Shown one piece after another: positions 28,401 through 36,913 of a stretch of 55,470 nt of DNA. The position numbers and the translations under genes are program-made. The notes beneath the pieces are model-generated. The model searched no databases. It was not told where the DNA came from and saw only the letters and a program-made list of their open reading frames with translations. The DNA comes from Bacteroidota bacterium (lineage in GTDB: Bacteria; Bacteroidota; Bacteroidia; Bacteroidales; JAIPAH01). How positions within the stretch are numbered: position 1 is the stretch's first letter; each line of letters begins with the position of its first letter. Location of the stretch: positions 1 to 55,470 of the forward strand of contig JAASSU010000003.1 in NCBI GenBank assembly GCA_021767705.1. The letters are read 5' to 3'.

Positions 28401-28535
28401 TTAAAAAGGTATTACGATTTTAGCAAGAAGGGTGTTTTAAAACTTAAACTTCGAAACCTCCCCACCGGAGTTTATTTTATCAAACTGAAAAACAAAATGG
28501 CGGTTTTAAGCCGGAAAATCGTTTTGGTAAACTAA
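22449..28535 (+). CDS. 2028-aa T9SS cargo: polysaccharide-deacetylase (CE4/NodB)-like domain, about 14 Ig-like repeats, CTD
   Basis: Signal peptide; 'SIQIDDG', 'IYNHGFH', 'GMHQ', 'IWFTT' CE4-like motifs; 13 clear 'W...G.G.F' repeats of ~88 aa plus one degenerate; CTD 'VWPVPS...GVYFIKL...RKIVLVN'. Confidence 0.75.
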   Translation: MIKNLRALFALVLLASSSFAQDFEVAIDASSTSVCGDSQVNLTALPVAVGGGIGDEQTQGERPTITITFAEEISSQDFSIHKADLKYDKSFAYSIQIDDGLTHIIDIAYPLFEGGNLDGEQVPGLASTDGCGNDVNFKMATAHYSWNNYNQEDMHDPDNGYNDLGDNGTITWEEMIELYQNGWGIYNHGFHDNGTEGGLQYTIMRNHSFTKRNTHPEVAGGINMNLFVIPGSAVEMGDVALENGYNQVLSANYSGGVYYDVNNDNYYNVEMTRQFGLSTILPTVEALADAAQNGTKGMATTGMHQLSMPDFREAVEEIEQTYGKSGSDDIWFTTSEEVIQYLYVRDHIEIQESVSGNTVTLTLQNVLPTDLRFYALSLLIDSDVEITNVEIQNGFNHSYNTSYGDSTLINLNWDESLYQTPEELAEEAISATEESQDSYDALIAMDYLEMIEDTVTRNYFKAQLCAIPGISLPDGYCSGTSSYTFEWSANGELISNEPGIVVSPGTTTEYIATISTESSSASESVEISVSTPPSVAASAPSQACSNNAIQLSAEADNYSGFQWSGTGDGSFGNQNQLESTYIAGEQDINEGQVKLYASASSEGCTTAIDSVTIGFNPLPEISMDNEATTCEDEAYDIEISTENTSTVTWSSSGDGFFNSTSGTSTTYMPGTSDISNGAVTLTATANSGSTCSYTTTGDLLLEVVSNPAANAGENAQVCQSVSNITLEGEAEHFSSASWSTSGSGSFESNGLIAVYVPSEEDKISGQVTFSLNVQPLAPCSSDASDEKTISFAMPPEVDAGNDTTACFGIPFSLNGTATGEGSFYWTTTGNGTFVNSQALSTYYNFGTYFQENHEVTLTLHGTVTGECEDENISSITLTQPEVPEISAGDDGEMCVSYPSYQLQGSISDTTAEFYWITQGDGYFSDTTILNPLYFPGPEELAQGNAYPGMRLAGGGECYNTVSDDFMLLSIVPEPDASITSDQIICMDESALLTANATNYDSLSWTTAGDGSFGNPDHLQTEYFPGSSDENNQQVKVYFEAFSTLSCEATAIDSAYVFIYDLLLADAGDDDTVCPGGNTFTCDPTVNNASQVSWSSSGSGSFYNPEIPGATYFISDEDRSNGEVTLYLEATSQTTCNQFVTDSLKLFFPASPTVDAGEDQTICSSTLVELSATSEGSSGIFWQTSGDGFFSDANSLETFYTPGSNDISSGSVTLNVLATSAGPCQIQTSDFLTVTIEEPQNVQITASPESITAGDTVELTANPSENHLFSWQLINGSNNLTTYSGPNTTYPSVLADTLQPVQITVFASGTGVCQSTSTDTVSIEVVSPNAIYAGEDLTACSSDTEIELSADYSGSDAVVWTSSGDGSFEDNQALSTIYYPGSDDIQNGQVSLTIASLINPGYVSDEIDVFFNLPVTLVLTDNLYGCSDDTVFFSAEASNYSSVIWETIGDGVFLDPDNISTGYIPGPTDGQQGETTITATAQPLEGCTEEASESAQLLLSPSAVVDAGADQIICGGEPVMLDQATASNYSSLQWQSSGNGNFADEHALSTVYYPSGDDYSSGQISLTLTASSSGYCQSQSQSSLLVSFEPSPEIISTVADSSCYGSEVNISAEANNYSLINWISSGNGSFNDNTGITASYIPSQDEVEQGLAEIMAVASGTGNCSWQQDTAVALIHIIAEPLVDAGEDLLSCGAESVYVFGQIENGATETIQWSSSGDGSFENENLLNTIYHPGPQDISDGTVNLILQAQPEAPCGDVFTDEAVLTINNPPQAPGMPSGSAEVCNGTNEVLLEINAVEGATEYQWVLLTPSAGEFDPDSTGTSNVLYLDEDFTGYYQVRVRAGNSCGMSGFSDSFEGAVRQKPDIEFAAYPSTVVCQGEIIELEGSFAYDSLYQWSPGNYPDTAVIMVDSSGHVEGNKTMALTATNTYGCQSTDSINLHFTVCTHIPARHENSFKVWPVPSDNEVFISYHKEADIEIFNRQGKLVLKRYYDFSKKGVLKLKLRNLPTGVYFIKLKNKMAVLSRKIVLVN

Positions 28536-28686
28536 AATCAGAAATATACTCTTTGGATCACTTCCTGCATATCTGATAAAAATTTTTATCTTCACAGACT
28601 TGTTTTATCTGAGTGTGATGATTTTGTATTCAGATAACCATAAAAAATTATTGATTTAAGGCTGCGGCCGGCAAAAAACTAAAGCT

Positions 28687-31600
28687 ATGAGAAAACTACT
28701 ACTTTTATTTGTGATGATAGCGGGAGGCCTTTTAGCGCACTCTCAAACGATGACCGTAAAAAAAGCTGCTTTTTATGATAAGACCCCCCCTTTGCGGGAT
28801 ATGAGGATGATTGAGCCCGGTATCAGAGACCGGTCGTGGAAAGATAATGTCATCCGTAATGAAGCAGATCCTCGCCTGGAAAATATTGACCGTAGTAAAA
28901 CCACTCAGCCTTTGGGGCCGGACCCTGTTTGGCAGAAACAAATGGGTGCGGTGCGCACCAACGAACCTATCCAGAATTTTGAAGGGACAGACAACGTCAA
29001 TGGCGTTTATCCACCTGACACCGATGGGGATGTTGGCCCGGATCATTATTACCAGATGATCAATCTCTCCTTCCAGATTTTTGACAAAGAAGGGAATTCG
29101 CTGTACGGCCCCGCCGATAACAGCACTATCTGGGATGGTTTTATCGGGCCGTGGACGGGCACCAACGATGGAGACCCTATCACACTCTATGATGAAGCCG
29201 CTGACCGGTGGATGGTGAGCCAGTTTGCTGTGAACACCGACGATGGCTCATACTGGGAGCTGATAGCCGTTTCTAAAACAGGAGACCCTCTTGGGGAATA
29301 CTATCGCTATGCCTTCGAGTTTCCGGCTTTTAATGACTATCCAAAGTTCGGACTGTGGAATGATGCCTATTATTGCTCCTTCAACATGTTTGGCGACTAC
29401 AACCGCGTGGCGGGAGCTGCTTTTGAGCGCGATGCCATGCTCGAGGGTGATCCTGATGCCAGGATGGTTTTGTTTGACCTCCCCGAGGGTTCGGAACCCT
29501 GGAGCATGATGCCCTCTGATTACGATGGTGAAATGCCGCCGGAGGGCACGCCAAACTACTTCGCTTTTGCACATGACGACCTTTTTGGTGGTGACGATCA
29601 GATTAAAATCTGGGAGTTTGATGTGGATTGGGACAACGTGGAAAACTCCACCTTCGAAGAGGCTTATGCCATCGATGTTGCCCCTTTCGATTCTGAAATT
29701 TGCCCCGCTTACCGCGGAAGGTGCATCCACCAGCCCATGGAGTCGCCCAAGCTGGAGGCCCTGGCCGGAAGGCTGATGTTCCGGTTGCAATACAGGAATT
29801 TTGGGCTCTACGAGGCCATGGTCACCAACCATACTGTGGATGTGGACGGCAATGGACACGCCGGAGTGCGCTGGTATGAGTTCCGCGATTACAACGACGG
29901 CGAGGGATGGCAACTGCATCAGCAGGGTACCTATGCCCCCGACAGCGACCACCGCTGGATGGCCTCCATCGCAATGAATGAAGAAGGTTTCATCGCGCTG
30001 GGCTACAGCGTTTCGAGTAACGACACTTACCCCTCAATCCGCTATACCGGACGAGGCCCCAATGCTCCGCTGGGAGAGATGGTTTTCACCGAAGAAACCA
30101 TCATCGATGGTGGTGGTGTGCAGTTTGGCGATGCCAGCCGCTGGGGCGACTACTCAAAAATGTCGGTCGACCCCACCGATCAAAAAACTTTTTGGTTTAC
30201 AACCGAATACATGGAACACTCCGGATCTGCCGCATGGCAAACACGGATAGCTTCCTTCCAGCTCGAAGAAGATTTTACTGCCCCCGAGGCTGTGACTGAT
30301 TTGAATGCACAAACACCCACCACGAACGGGGTCTGGCTCCACTGGACTTCCACCCCCGACAACCTCGGAACACCTTTCCTCTACGATATCCGCTACAGCA
30401 CCTCCCCCATCACCGAAGAAAACTGGAACGAGGCCACACCAGCCTCCGGAGAGCCTGAACCTTCAGAGGCAGGCACGGCTGAGCAATTGTATATCCCGGA
30501 GCTGGATTTCAACCAGCAATATTACTTTGGACTGAAAGTGGCAGACCGTCAGTACAATTATTCAGCGCTTTCAAATATTGCCAGCACTACCACTCCGGGT
30601 CAGCCCGATATTTTTATTTCCCAGGAAATGGTCGAAGAGTCTGCGCTTCAGGGATTCTGGAGGGATGTTTATATTGATATTGAGAATAATGGCGACAGCG
30701 ATATCCGTTATTATTTAACAAAACGCGACACCGTGCAGTCCAATCCCGGGGAAATCGTAAAAACATATGAGAATGCAGGTTCCAGCCTATTGGGGATGCA
30801 TCACGAAAACGGTGAAATATACCTTGTAAGCAGCAGCATGAATTCATTGCTGGTTTACGACACTGCAAACAAGATACTTACAGATACTATAGCCATTCAT
30901 GAGAATCCTTTTGGGGTTACCTCAGATGGCGGGCAGCTATGGATTGGCAGCGACGACGGAATGATCAGGGCTTACCACTTTGATGGCACCCCTGCCGGCG
31001 ACAGCATCAACTTTGGAACCTCCGGGTATCATGCACTGGCCTGCAACGGAACACACCTGCTCATCAATGAGCTTAATGATGTTGATCCGGTGATTTACGC
31101 CTACAACCTTGAAAACGGTGAATATGATGGCAGCTACTCGGTGGATATCGACAAGGATATCTGGCAATCGACCTGGGTGGAAGAACACCATGACGGAAAA
31201 CTGTGGATTACCAACAACGATGGCGAGCTGGCGCAACTCACTTTAAATGAGGAAACCCGGACATTTACACTGGTGCAAGAGTTTGAAGCGCCTTCGCTTC
31301 TGTCTTATGCCATCTCTCATTCGGGCTCCAACCTGCTTTACGCCAACATCAGCAACACCATCCAGGTGATTGACGACGGCGTATCGGAGGTTAACTGGTT
31401 AGTTACGGAAACCCTTGCCGATACCATTTCCGCCGGCGAAAGCCAGCAACTCCCCCTCCAATTGCGCTCTGACAACCTGCAGCCGGGCGAGCATTATGCT
31501 ATCCTTACCATCCATAGCAACGATCCGGACGAGGGTGAAATTGAACTACCTGTAAGCTTTACCGTAACCCCTTACAGCGGAGTCAGTGTAGAGATCACCG

Positions 31601-32316
31601 GCGTTCCTGACCAGGTTTGCCAGGGAAACACCTATGAGCTGATTGCTGATGCCGAAGGAAATCGTCCTTTGAGCTACACGTGGGTTGTGGGTTCGGAAGA
31701 GTTTTCGAACGACAGCATTGCAACCATTGTTCCCGAAACGGATATCACCTATTATGTTACCGTCAGCGATGGCCTGACGATGGACTGGGATTCGGTAAAC
31801 CTTGTGGTGCAGCCCTCGCCACAGTTTTCTCTGGGCGGAGATACCACTATTTGTATCAATCACCAACTCAATCTAACAATTGAAGAAGGGTTTGTGTCTT
31901 ATGAATGGTTTGATGGATCATCGGATAACCAAATCACTGTAGACAGTACCATGCTTGAAACCGGAGAGAATGCTGTTTGGGGATTGGCCAAGGCCGAAAA
32001 CGGCTGTATGACCACCGACACCATCTACATTGCAATGGATCTTTGCGAAAGCATTGCTGAGGAGCAACTGGCAAATGTCAAGCTCTACCCTAATCCTGTT
32101 AAAGAAAATGTTTTTATTGAAGGATTGAATGGCGATGTACAAGTTTCCATTGTGGATATGAATGGAAAAGTCATGCTCCGGCAGAGCTTTGCAGGTTCAG
32201 AAAATAATCAGCGTCACAGGGTGAGCGTTTCAGGATGGAAATCGGGCACCTACTTTGTGATTTTCGAGCTGGAAGGACAAAAATCAGTGGAAAAACTACT
32301 TAAAATTGAACGCTGA
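28687..32316 (+). CDS. 1209-aa T9SS cargo: uncharacterised N-terminal domain, FN3, beta-propeller-like and Ig-like domains, CTD
   Basis: Signal peptide; 'PPDTDGDVGPDHY', 'DYPK', 'RWGDYS..SVDP'; FN3 'APEAVTDL...YDIRYS'; 'SNDPD'; CTD 'LYPNPV'. Confidence 0.78.
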   Translation: MRKLLLLFVMIAGGLLAHSQTMTVKKAAFYDKTPPLRDMRMIEPGIRDRSWKDNVIRNEADPRLENIDRSKTTQPLGPDPVWQKQMGAVRTNEPIQNFEGTDNVNGVYPPDTDGDVGPDHYYQMINLSFQIFDKEGNSLYGPADNSTIWDGFIGPWTGTNDGDPITLYDEAADRWMVSQFAVNTDDGSYWELIAVSKTGDPLGEYYRYAFEFPAFNDYPKFGLWNDAYYCSFNMFGDYNRVAGAAFERDAMLEGDPDARMVLFDLPEGSEPWSMMPSDYDGEMPPEGTPNYFAFAHDDLFGGDDQIKIWEFDVDWDNVENSTFEEAYAIDVAPFDSEICPAYRGRCIHQPMESPKLEALAGRLMFRLQYRNFGLYEAMVTNHTVDVDGNGHAGVRWYEFRDYNDGEGWQLHQQGTYAPDSDHRWMASIAMNEEGFIALGYSVSSNDTYPSIRYTGRGPNAPLGEMVFTEETIIDGGGVQFGDASRWGDYSKMSVDPTDQKTFWFTTEYMEHSGSAAWQTRIASFQLEEDFTAPEAVTDLNAQTPTTNGVWLHWTSTPDNLGTPFLYDIRYSTSPITEENWNEATPASGEPEPSEAGTAEQLYIPELDFNQQYYFGLKVADRQYNYSALSNIASTTTPGQPDIFISQEMVEESALQGFWRDVYIDIENNGDSDIRYYLTKRDTVQSNPGEIVKTYENAGSSLLGMHHENGEIYLVSSSMNSLLVYDTANKILTDTIAIHENPFGVTSDGGQLWIGSDDGMIRAYHFDGTPAGDSINFGTSGYHALACNGTHLLINELNDVDPVIYAYNLENGEYDGSYSVDIDKDIWQSTWVEEHHDGKLWITNNDGELAQLTLNEETRTFTLVQEFEAPSLLSYAISHSGSNLLYANISNTIQVIDDGVSEVNWLVTETLADTISAGESQQLPLQLRSDNLQPGEHYAILTIHSNDPDEGEIELPVSFTVTPYSGVSVEITGVPDQVCQGNTYELIADAEGNRPLSYTWVVGSEEFSNDSIATIVPETDITYYVTVSDGLTMDWDSVNLVVQPSPQFSLGGDTTICINHQLNLTIEEGFVSYEWFDGSSDNQITVDSTMLETGENAVWGLAKAENGCMTTDTIYIAMDLCESIAEEQLANVKLYPNPVKENVFIEGLNGDVQVSIVDMNGKVMLRQSFAGSENNQRHRVSVSGWKSGTYFVIFELEGQKSVEKLLKIER

Positions 32317-32344
32317 TCTACGTTGAATTTTTGCGAATATCACG

Positions 32345-32394
32345 AAAATCCCAACGGATATACAAAAAAGTCCAGCGAATGAAAAAAAAGTCCA
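32345..32394 (+). promoter_or_regulatory. Direct-repeat putative transcription-factor site upstream of the microprotein
   Basis: AAAAAAGTCCA at 32364 and 32384 (20-bp period), with a degenerate AAAATCCCA copy at 32345. Confidence 0.45.
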
Positions 32395-32453
32395 CGCGAT
32401 GATTTTTTATACCAGATATTTGTAGTGAATAATCAAAAACTCAAATAAAGGTC

Positions 32454-32606
32454 ATGAAAATCACAGCTTCTTCTTTCAGGGTAAAACGCAAGGGCAGTTA
32501 TCATCGCTACTACAAATGTCACCGTTGTGGCTATATCAGCGAAGAAAAGTCAGTTTGCCCTGTGTGCCGTCAGGAAGGACGAAGAGTAAGGCTAAAAAAA
32601 GCATAA
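32454..32606 (+). CDS. 50-aa Cys4 zinc-ribbon/rubredoxin-like microprotein (not in the ORF track)
   Basis: MKITASSFRVKRKGSYHRYYKCHRCGYISEEKSVCPVCRQEGRRVRLKKA*; YxCxxCGY-x7-CPxC; A-rich leader; own terminator. Confidence 0.72.
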   Translation: MKITASSFRVKRKGSYHRYYKCHRCGYISEEKSVCPVCRQEGRRVRLKKA

Positions 32607-32647
32607 ACATTTTCGTAAAGTGAAGTTTGCTAAATGGGTTTCACCCT

Positions 32648-32678
32648 AAAAACCGGAGAGTTTTCTTTCCGGTTTTTT
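32648..32678 (+). terminator. Intrinsic terminator after the microprotein
   Basis: AAAAACCGGAGAG-tttt-CTTTCCGGTTTTTT. Confidence 0.8.
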
Positions 32679-32716
32679 ATTATATCGGTTTAAGCCAAAG
32701 GCTATTTTTTGGATGG

Positions 32717-32751
32717 TTTGACTCAACAGAATCAGTAGTTTCTTATCTTTG
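32717..32751 (+). promoter_or_regulatory. Bacteroidota promoter for the hpt operon
   Basis: TTTG (32717-20) ... TATCTTTG (32744-51). Confidence 0.6.
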
Positions 32752-32785
32752 CAGTTTTCGAAAAATCTAAACCAAAAGAAACAAG

Positions 32786-33325
32786 ATGTCAGAAAGGGTT
32801 CAGCTTCACGATAAGGAATTTACAAAATACATCGATAACAGCGATCTTCAAAAAGCAGTGGCGGAGGTAGGTCAAAAAATGAATGAGGACTTGGGAGACA
32901 AGAACCCTTTGTTCCTTGTGGTGCTGAATGGTGCGTTTATGTTTGCTGCCGATGTGTTGCGCACTTTTAAGTATGATTGTGATATTTCATTTATCAAGCT
33001 ATCATCTTATGTGGGCACCAAAACCACGCACACCGTCAGAGAAGTGATAGGCCTCGACACTAACGTTAAAGACAGGACCGTTGTGCTGGTTGAAGATATC
33101 ATCGATACCGGCATCACCATGGATCATATCATCCAGCAGATGAAAGCCATGGAAGCCCGTGATGTAAAAACAGCCACCATGCTTTTTAAGCCCGATGCCA
33201 TAGAAAAAGATTTTCCGATCGACTATGTGGGTATGAGTATTCCCAACGGCTTTATTGTGGGTTACGGACTGGATTACGATGGGAAAGGAAGAAATCTTGC
33301 CGATATTTACAGAATCGTAAAATAA
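32786..33325 (+). CDS. hpt: Hypoxanthine phosphoribosyltransferase
   Basis: 'VLNGAFMF', 'VLVEDIIDTGIT' PRPP-binding motif, 'FIVGYGLDY...GRNL'. Confidence 0.95.
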   Translation: MSERVQLHDKEFTKYIDNSDLQKAVAEVGQKMNEDLGDKNPLFLVVLNGAFMFAADVLRTFKYDCDISFIKLSSYVGTKTTHTVREVIGLDTNVKDRTVVLVEDIIDTGITMDHIIQQMKAMEARDVKTATMLFKPDAIEKDFPIDYVGMSIPNGFIVGYGLDYDGKGRNLADIYRIVK

Positions 33326-33343
33326 TTTAAAAATAAGTTAACC

Positions 33344-34513
33344 ATGCTAAATATTGCGCTTTTTGGCCCACCGGGCGCCGGTAAAGGAACTCAGTCGAAA
33401 CTCCTGATTGAAGAGTACAACCTTACCTACATTTCTACCGGTGACATCCTCCGTCAGGAAATTGCAGAGGAGAGCGAGTTAGGAAAGCAGGCGAAAGACA
33501 TCATTGCCAAGGGAAACCTGGTTTCTGATGAAATTATCGTTCAGATTATTGAGAAACGTATAAAAACGGATACCGACTCTAAAGGCATTCTTTTCGACGG
33601 ATTCCCCCGCACTCTTGTTCAGGCATATATCCTTGAAGGCCTATTATTGAAGATGAACACCTATCTCTCCTGCATGATTAGCTTAGAGGTACCTGAAGAA
33701 GAGCTCGTCAACCGATTGCTCGAGCGAGGAAAATCGTCGGGGCGTTCTGATGACAACTTAGAGGTAATCAAAAACAGGCTGAAAGAGTACAAGACCAAGA
33801 CCGCTCCTGTTGCCGCTTTTTATGATGAAAGAAACATTCTTTACAAGATTAATGGCCTGGGAAGCATCAAAGAAATCCACAATCGCATAGGCAAGGCCGT
33901 TCAGGCCACGCTGAAGCGCGAATGGATGAACATTGTGATTGCCGGGGCTCCCGGCGCCGGAAAAGGAACACAAGGCCGACTCTTAGCTAAGAAATACAAC
34001 CTTTATTACATCTCTACGGGTTCAAAGCTTCGCACGGAAGTGAAAAACAACACTGAAATAGGCCAGCAAGTGCAGCCTTATCTTGAAAAAGGGGAGCTGA
34101 TTCCTGATGAAATTGTTATCCGCATCATTGAGCGTGAAATTAAAAAGCACCCCAACGTCAACGGTTTTGTTTTCAAGGGGTTTCCACGCACCATCATCCA
34201 GGTCTACATCCTTGATGGATTGTTGAGAAAGCTAAACAGTTCGGTTTCGGTATGTATGAACCTGAAAATCCCGACGCTCGAATCCATTAAACGGCTTTCG
34301 GCACGTGGCAAAACTGAAAAAGGGCGCAGCTACGATCGCAATACCGATCTTATCGTACACCGGCTGGAAGAGTTTGAAAAACGTACCGTACCGGTCATAG
34401 ATTACTACAGTAAAATTGATAAGACCATGACGATTGATGCCAATGGCACGCGCGAAGAGGTTTTTGAAAGGCTTTCTGCATCTGCCGACCGTGCATTTAA
34501 ACACATTCGCTGA
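33344..34513 (+). CDS. adk: Tandem two-domain adenylate kinase (short-LID type)
   Basis: Domain 1: [25 protein letters not shown]; domain 2 (from ~33926): [25 protein letters not shown]; single uninterrupted ORF. Confidence 0.9.
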   Translation: MLNIALFGPPGAGKGTQSKLLIEEYNLTYISTGDILRQEIAEESELGKQAKDIIAKGNLVSDEIIVQIIEKRIKTDTDSKGILFDGFPRTLVQAYILEGLLLKMNTYLSCMISLEVPEEELVNRLLERGKSSGRSDDNLEVIKNRLKEYKTKTAPVAAFYDERNILYKINGLGSIKEIHNRIGKAVQATLKREWMNIVIAGAPGAGKGTQGRLLAKKYNLYYISTGSKLRTEVKNNTEIGQQVQPYLEKGELIPDEIVIRIIEREIKKHPNVNGFVFKGFPRTIIQVYILDGLLRKLNSSVSVCMNLKIPTLESIKRLSARGKTEKGRSYDRNTDLIVHRLEEFEKRTVPVIDYYSKIDKTMTIDANGTREEVFERLSASADRAFKHIR

Positions 34514-35511
34514 TGGGCAGTCCAAACTTTATTGATTACGTCAAGATTTATGGTAAATCGGGCCACGGCGGTGCCGGCTCAGCTCACTTCCGCAGGGAAA
34601 AATTCATCCCGAAAGGGGGCCCTGACGGTGGCGACGGCGGCCGCGGAGGACACGTCATTGTTAAAGGCAACCAGCACCGTTGGACTTTGCTTCACCTGAA
34701 ATATACAAAACACATTAAAGCCGGAAAAGGTGGCGATGGCGGCGAGCAGCGTTCAACAGGTGCCACCGGCGAGGATAAAATCCTGGAAGTTCCGCCGGGC
34801 TCAGTAGTAAAAGATGCCGAAAGCGGCGAGGTAATCTGCGAAGTGATGCATCATGGCGAAACCCATGTGGTGTTGCCGGGCGGACGCGGAGGCTTAGGTA
34901 ACGATCACTTCAAGTCGTCGACTAACCAAACTCCACGATATGCACAACCCGGTGAGGAAGGGGTGGAAAAACCCTTTATCATTGAGCTGAAAGTGCTGGC
35001 CGACGTGGGGCTTGTTGGCTTCCCGAATGCCGGAAAATCCACGCTGCTGTCTGTTATTTCGGCTGCCAAACCTCAGATTGCTGATTACCCTTTCACCACT
35101 CTCACACCTAACCTGGGAATGGTTGCTTATCGCGATGACCAGTCGTTTGTGATGGCCGACATCCCGGGAATTATAGAAGATGCCCATGAGGGCAAAGGAT
35201 TGGGAATACGCTTTCTGAGGCACATCGAAAGAAATGCCTTGCTCTTGTTCTTAGTTCCGGCCGATACTGATCGAGAGATTAAAGATGAGTACGAAATACT
35301 GCTTAACGAATTGAGGCAATACAACCCGGAACTCCTGGACAAGGAGCGGATTCTGGCCGTTTCGAAGAGCGACCTTCTGGATGAAGAATTAAAACAAGAA
35401 ATCCGTGAAGGGCTCCCCACGGATATTCCCTGTGTATTTTTCTCCTCTGTGGCACAGCAGGGGCTCATTGAATTGAAAGATTTAATCTGGCAACAATTGC
35501 ATAAACCATGA
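34513..35511 (+). CDS. obgE: GTPase ObgE
   Basis: '[21 protein letters not shown]', 'GFPNAGKST', 'YPFTTL', 'DIPG', 'FLRHIER'. Confidence 0.97.
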   Translation: MGSPNFIDYVKIYGKSGHGGAGSAHFRREKFIPKGGPDGGDGGRGGHVIVKGNQHRWTLLHLKYTKHIKAGKGGDGGEQRSTGATGEDKILEVPPGSVVKDAESGEVICEVMHHGETHVVLPGGRGGLGNDHFKSSTNQTPRYAQPGEEGVEKPFIIELKVLADVGLVGFPNAGKSTLLSVISAAKPQIADYPFTTLTPNLGMVAYRDDQSFVMADIPGIIEDAHEGKGLGIRFLRHIERNALLLFLVPADTDREIKDEYEILLNELRQYNPELLDKERILAVSKSDLLDEELKQEIREGLPTDIPCVFFSSVAQQGLIELKDLIWQQLHKP

Positions 35512-36101
35512 TAGAGACATTGGAACAGCTTGATCAACAATTGTTTCTTTTTCTTAACGGATTGCATAATCCGTTTATGGATGAAGTAATGTATTGGATC
35601 AGCGACAAGTATTTCTGGTTTCCTTTTTACGCTTTGCTCATTGGGATGATTATCGCGCGAAAAAAATACGAGGCTATTCCTGTCCTTATCGGGATAGGGC
35701 TTCTGGTGACGCTGGCCGATCAGCTTTCGGTGCATATGTTCAAAGAAGTTTTTGAGCGCTACCGTCCCTGCCGGCCCGAATCACCTATCCACGAAATGGT
35801 TCACATTGTAAAAGGCCACTGCGGCGGAAAATACGGCTTCATTTCTTCGCATGCGACCAATTCATTTGCTGTGGCTGTTTTTCTTTCATACGTCTTAGGG
35901 CCTTATTATCGCTATTTCACACCACTGATTTTCGTTTGGGCCGCTATGGTGTCATATAGCCGAGTGTATTTAGGCGTACATTATACCGGAGATATTATTG
36001 GCGGTGCTATTTTTGGATCGCTGCTGGGCGTTTTGGTTTATAAGTTGATGATCGAAATCAATAAAAAAATGTTAAAAAATAATCGCCCAAAAACCCCTTA
36101 A
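35508..36101 (+). CDS. PAP2-family membrane phosphatase
   Basis: 'KEVFERYRP', 'FISSHA', '[10 protein letters not shown]' PAP2 motifs. Confidence 0.92.
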   Translation: MIETLEQLDQQLFLFLNGLHNPFMDEVMYWISDKYFWFPFYALLIGMIIARKKYEAIPVLIGIGLLVTLADQLSVHMFKEVFERYRPCRPESPIHEMVHIVKGHCGGKYGFISSHATNSFAVAVFLSYVLGPYYRYFTPLIFVWAAMVSYSRVYLGVHYTGDIIGGAIFGSLLGVLVYKLMIEINKKMLKNNRPKTP

Positions 36102-36154
36102 CAAAGGCGTTTTAATTTTTCATACGTGGTTTCCCGTATTTTTTTCTAAGTTTT

Positions 36155-36186
36155 TTTGCGTAGATTAAATTTTTGTTTTACTTTTA
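36155..36186 (+). promoter_or_regulatory. Promoter for the candidate sRNA
   Basis: TTTG (36155-58), 20-bp spacer, TACTTTTA (36179-86). Confidence 0.5.
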
Positions 36187-36191
36187 CAAAG

Positions 36192-36270
36192 CCTAATACA
36201 ATTATCTTCTTCTTAATAATTTTAGTTAATGACGGGGCCACGCTAAATATCCATTTAGCGTGGTTTTTTT
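36192..36270 (+). ncRNA. Candidate small RNA (~80 nt)
   Basis: No ORF between a Bacteroidota-type promoter and the strong terminator CCACGCTAAAT-atcc-ATTTAGCGTGG-T7 (36238-36270). Confidence 0.4.
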
Positions 36271-36303
36271 ATGTACTGGTATATCGCTGATTTACAGGCC
36301 CTC

Positions 36304-36768
36304 TTAATATCCGAAAGTTCTTCCATCCAGCTTATCCACGGGTATCCTGAAGATTTTTACATTTTTAAGGGCCGGCAGCGAGTAGCTAAACCCCTTTTTA
36401 TCAGTATATTGAGCCATAATCTTGTTCAAAATGGCTTCCTTTTCCTCTAAATCATCTATAAACTCTACCTTTCCATACAACAGCACGCTGCGGTACCTCA
36501 TGCTGTAGCTGCATGCCACACCCTCGTTCTGATGGTAAAGCTGATGATCGGTGCTGAAAGAGGCGCAGATGTGTGGATTCTTTTCCAGGATATCAATCTT
36601 CCTGCCTTCGGGAGCCGAATGCAGGTACAAGGTGTCATCTGCGTAAGCAAAATTAAAGGGTAAAACATAAGGCTGATTATTCTCATCAACCATCGAAACG
36701 TTGCAGATTTCGCAGCGCTTAATGATATCTTCCTTCTGTTCTTTGTGCTGAAGTATCTTTACTCTCAT
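36304..36768 (-). CDS. Pyridoxamine 5'-phosphate oxidase-like (NimA/NimC-type) flavin-binding protein
   Basis: 'PYVLPFNF', 'LYLHSAPEGRK', 'YRSV...G'; TAGATTTG promoter element at 36796-36803 (-). Confidence 0.85.
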   Translation of the reverse strand: MRVKILQHKEQKEDIIKRCEICNVSMVDENNQPYVLPFNFAYADDTLYLHSAPEGRKIDILEKNPHICASFSTDHQLYHQNEGVACSYSMRYRSVLLYGKVEFIDDLEEKEAILNKIMAQYTDKKGFSYSLPALKNVKIFRIPVDKLDGRTFGY

Positions 36769-36913
36769 CGTGTTTTTGTTAATAAGTGGCGACTGCAAAT
36801 CTAAAAATAATCTCCCTGTCAGGCCACTTTAAACAAACCACTACACTTAGCTTTGTTCTTTATCCTTGTATTTCAAGCAATTTCTTCAGCCTAAATCCTG
36901 CTAAAGAAAAAAC

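Noticed and set aside
28605-28637. Imperfect hairpin TTATCTGAGTGTGA...TTGTATTCAGATAA upstream of the 1209-aa gene as a riboswitch
   Set aside because: No recognisable aptamer consensus or expression platform; may be a weak terminator or operator
36304-36768. nim nitroimidazole-resistance gene
   Set aside because: Only the general PNPOx-like fold is recognisable; no IS-borne promoter; cannot be called a resistance gene from sequence alone
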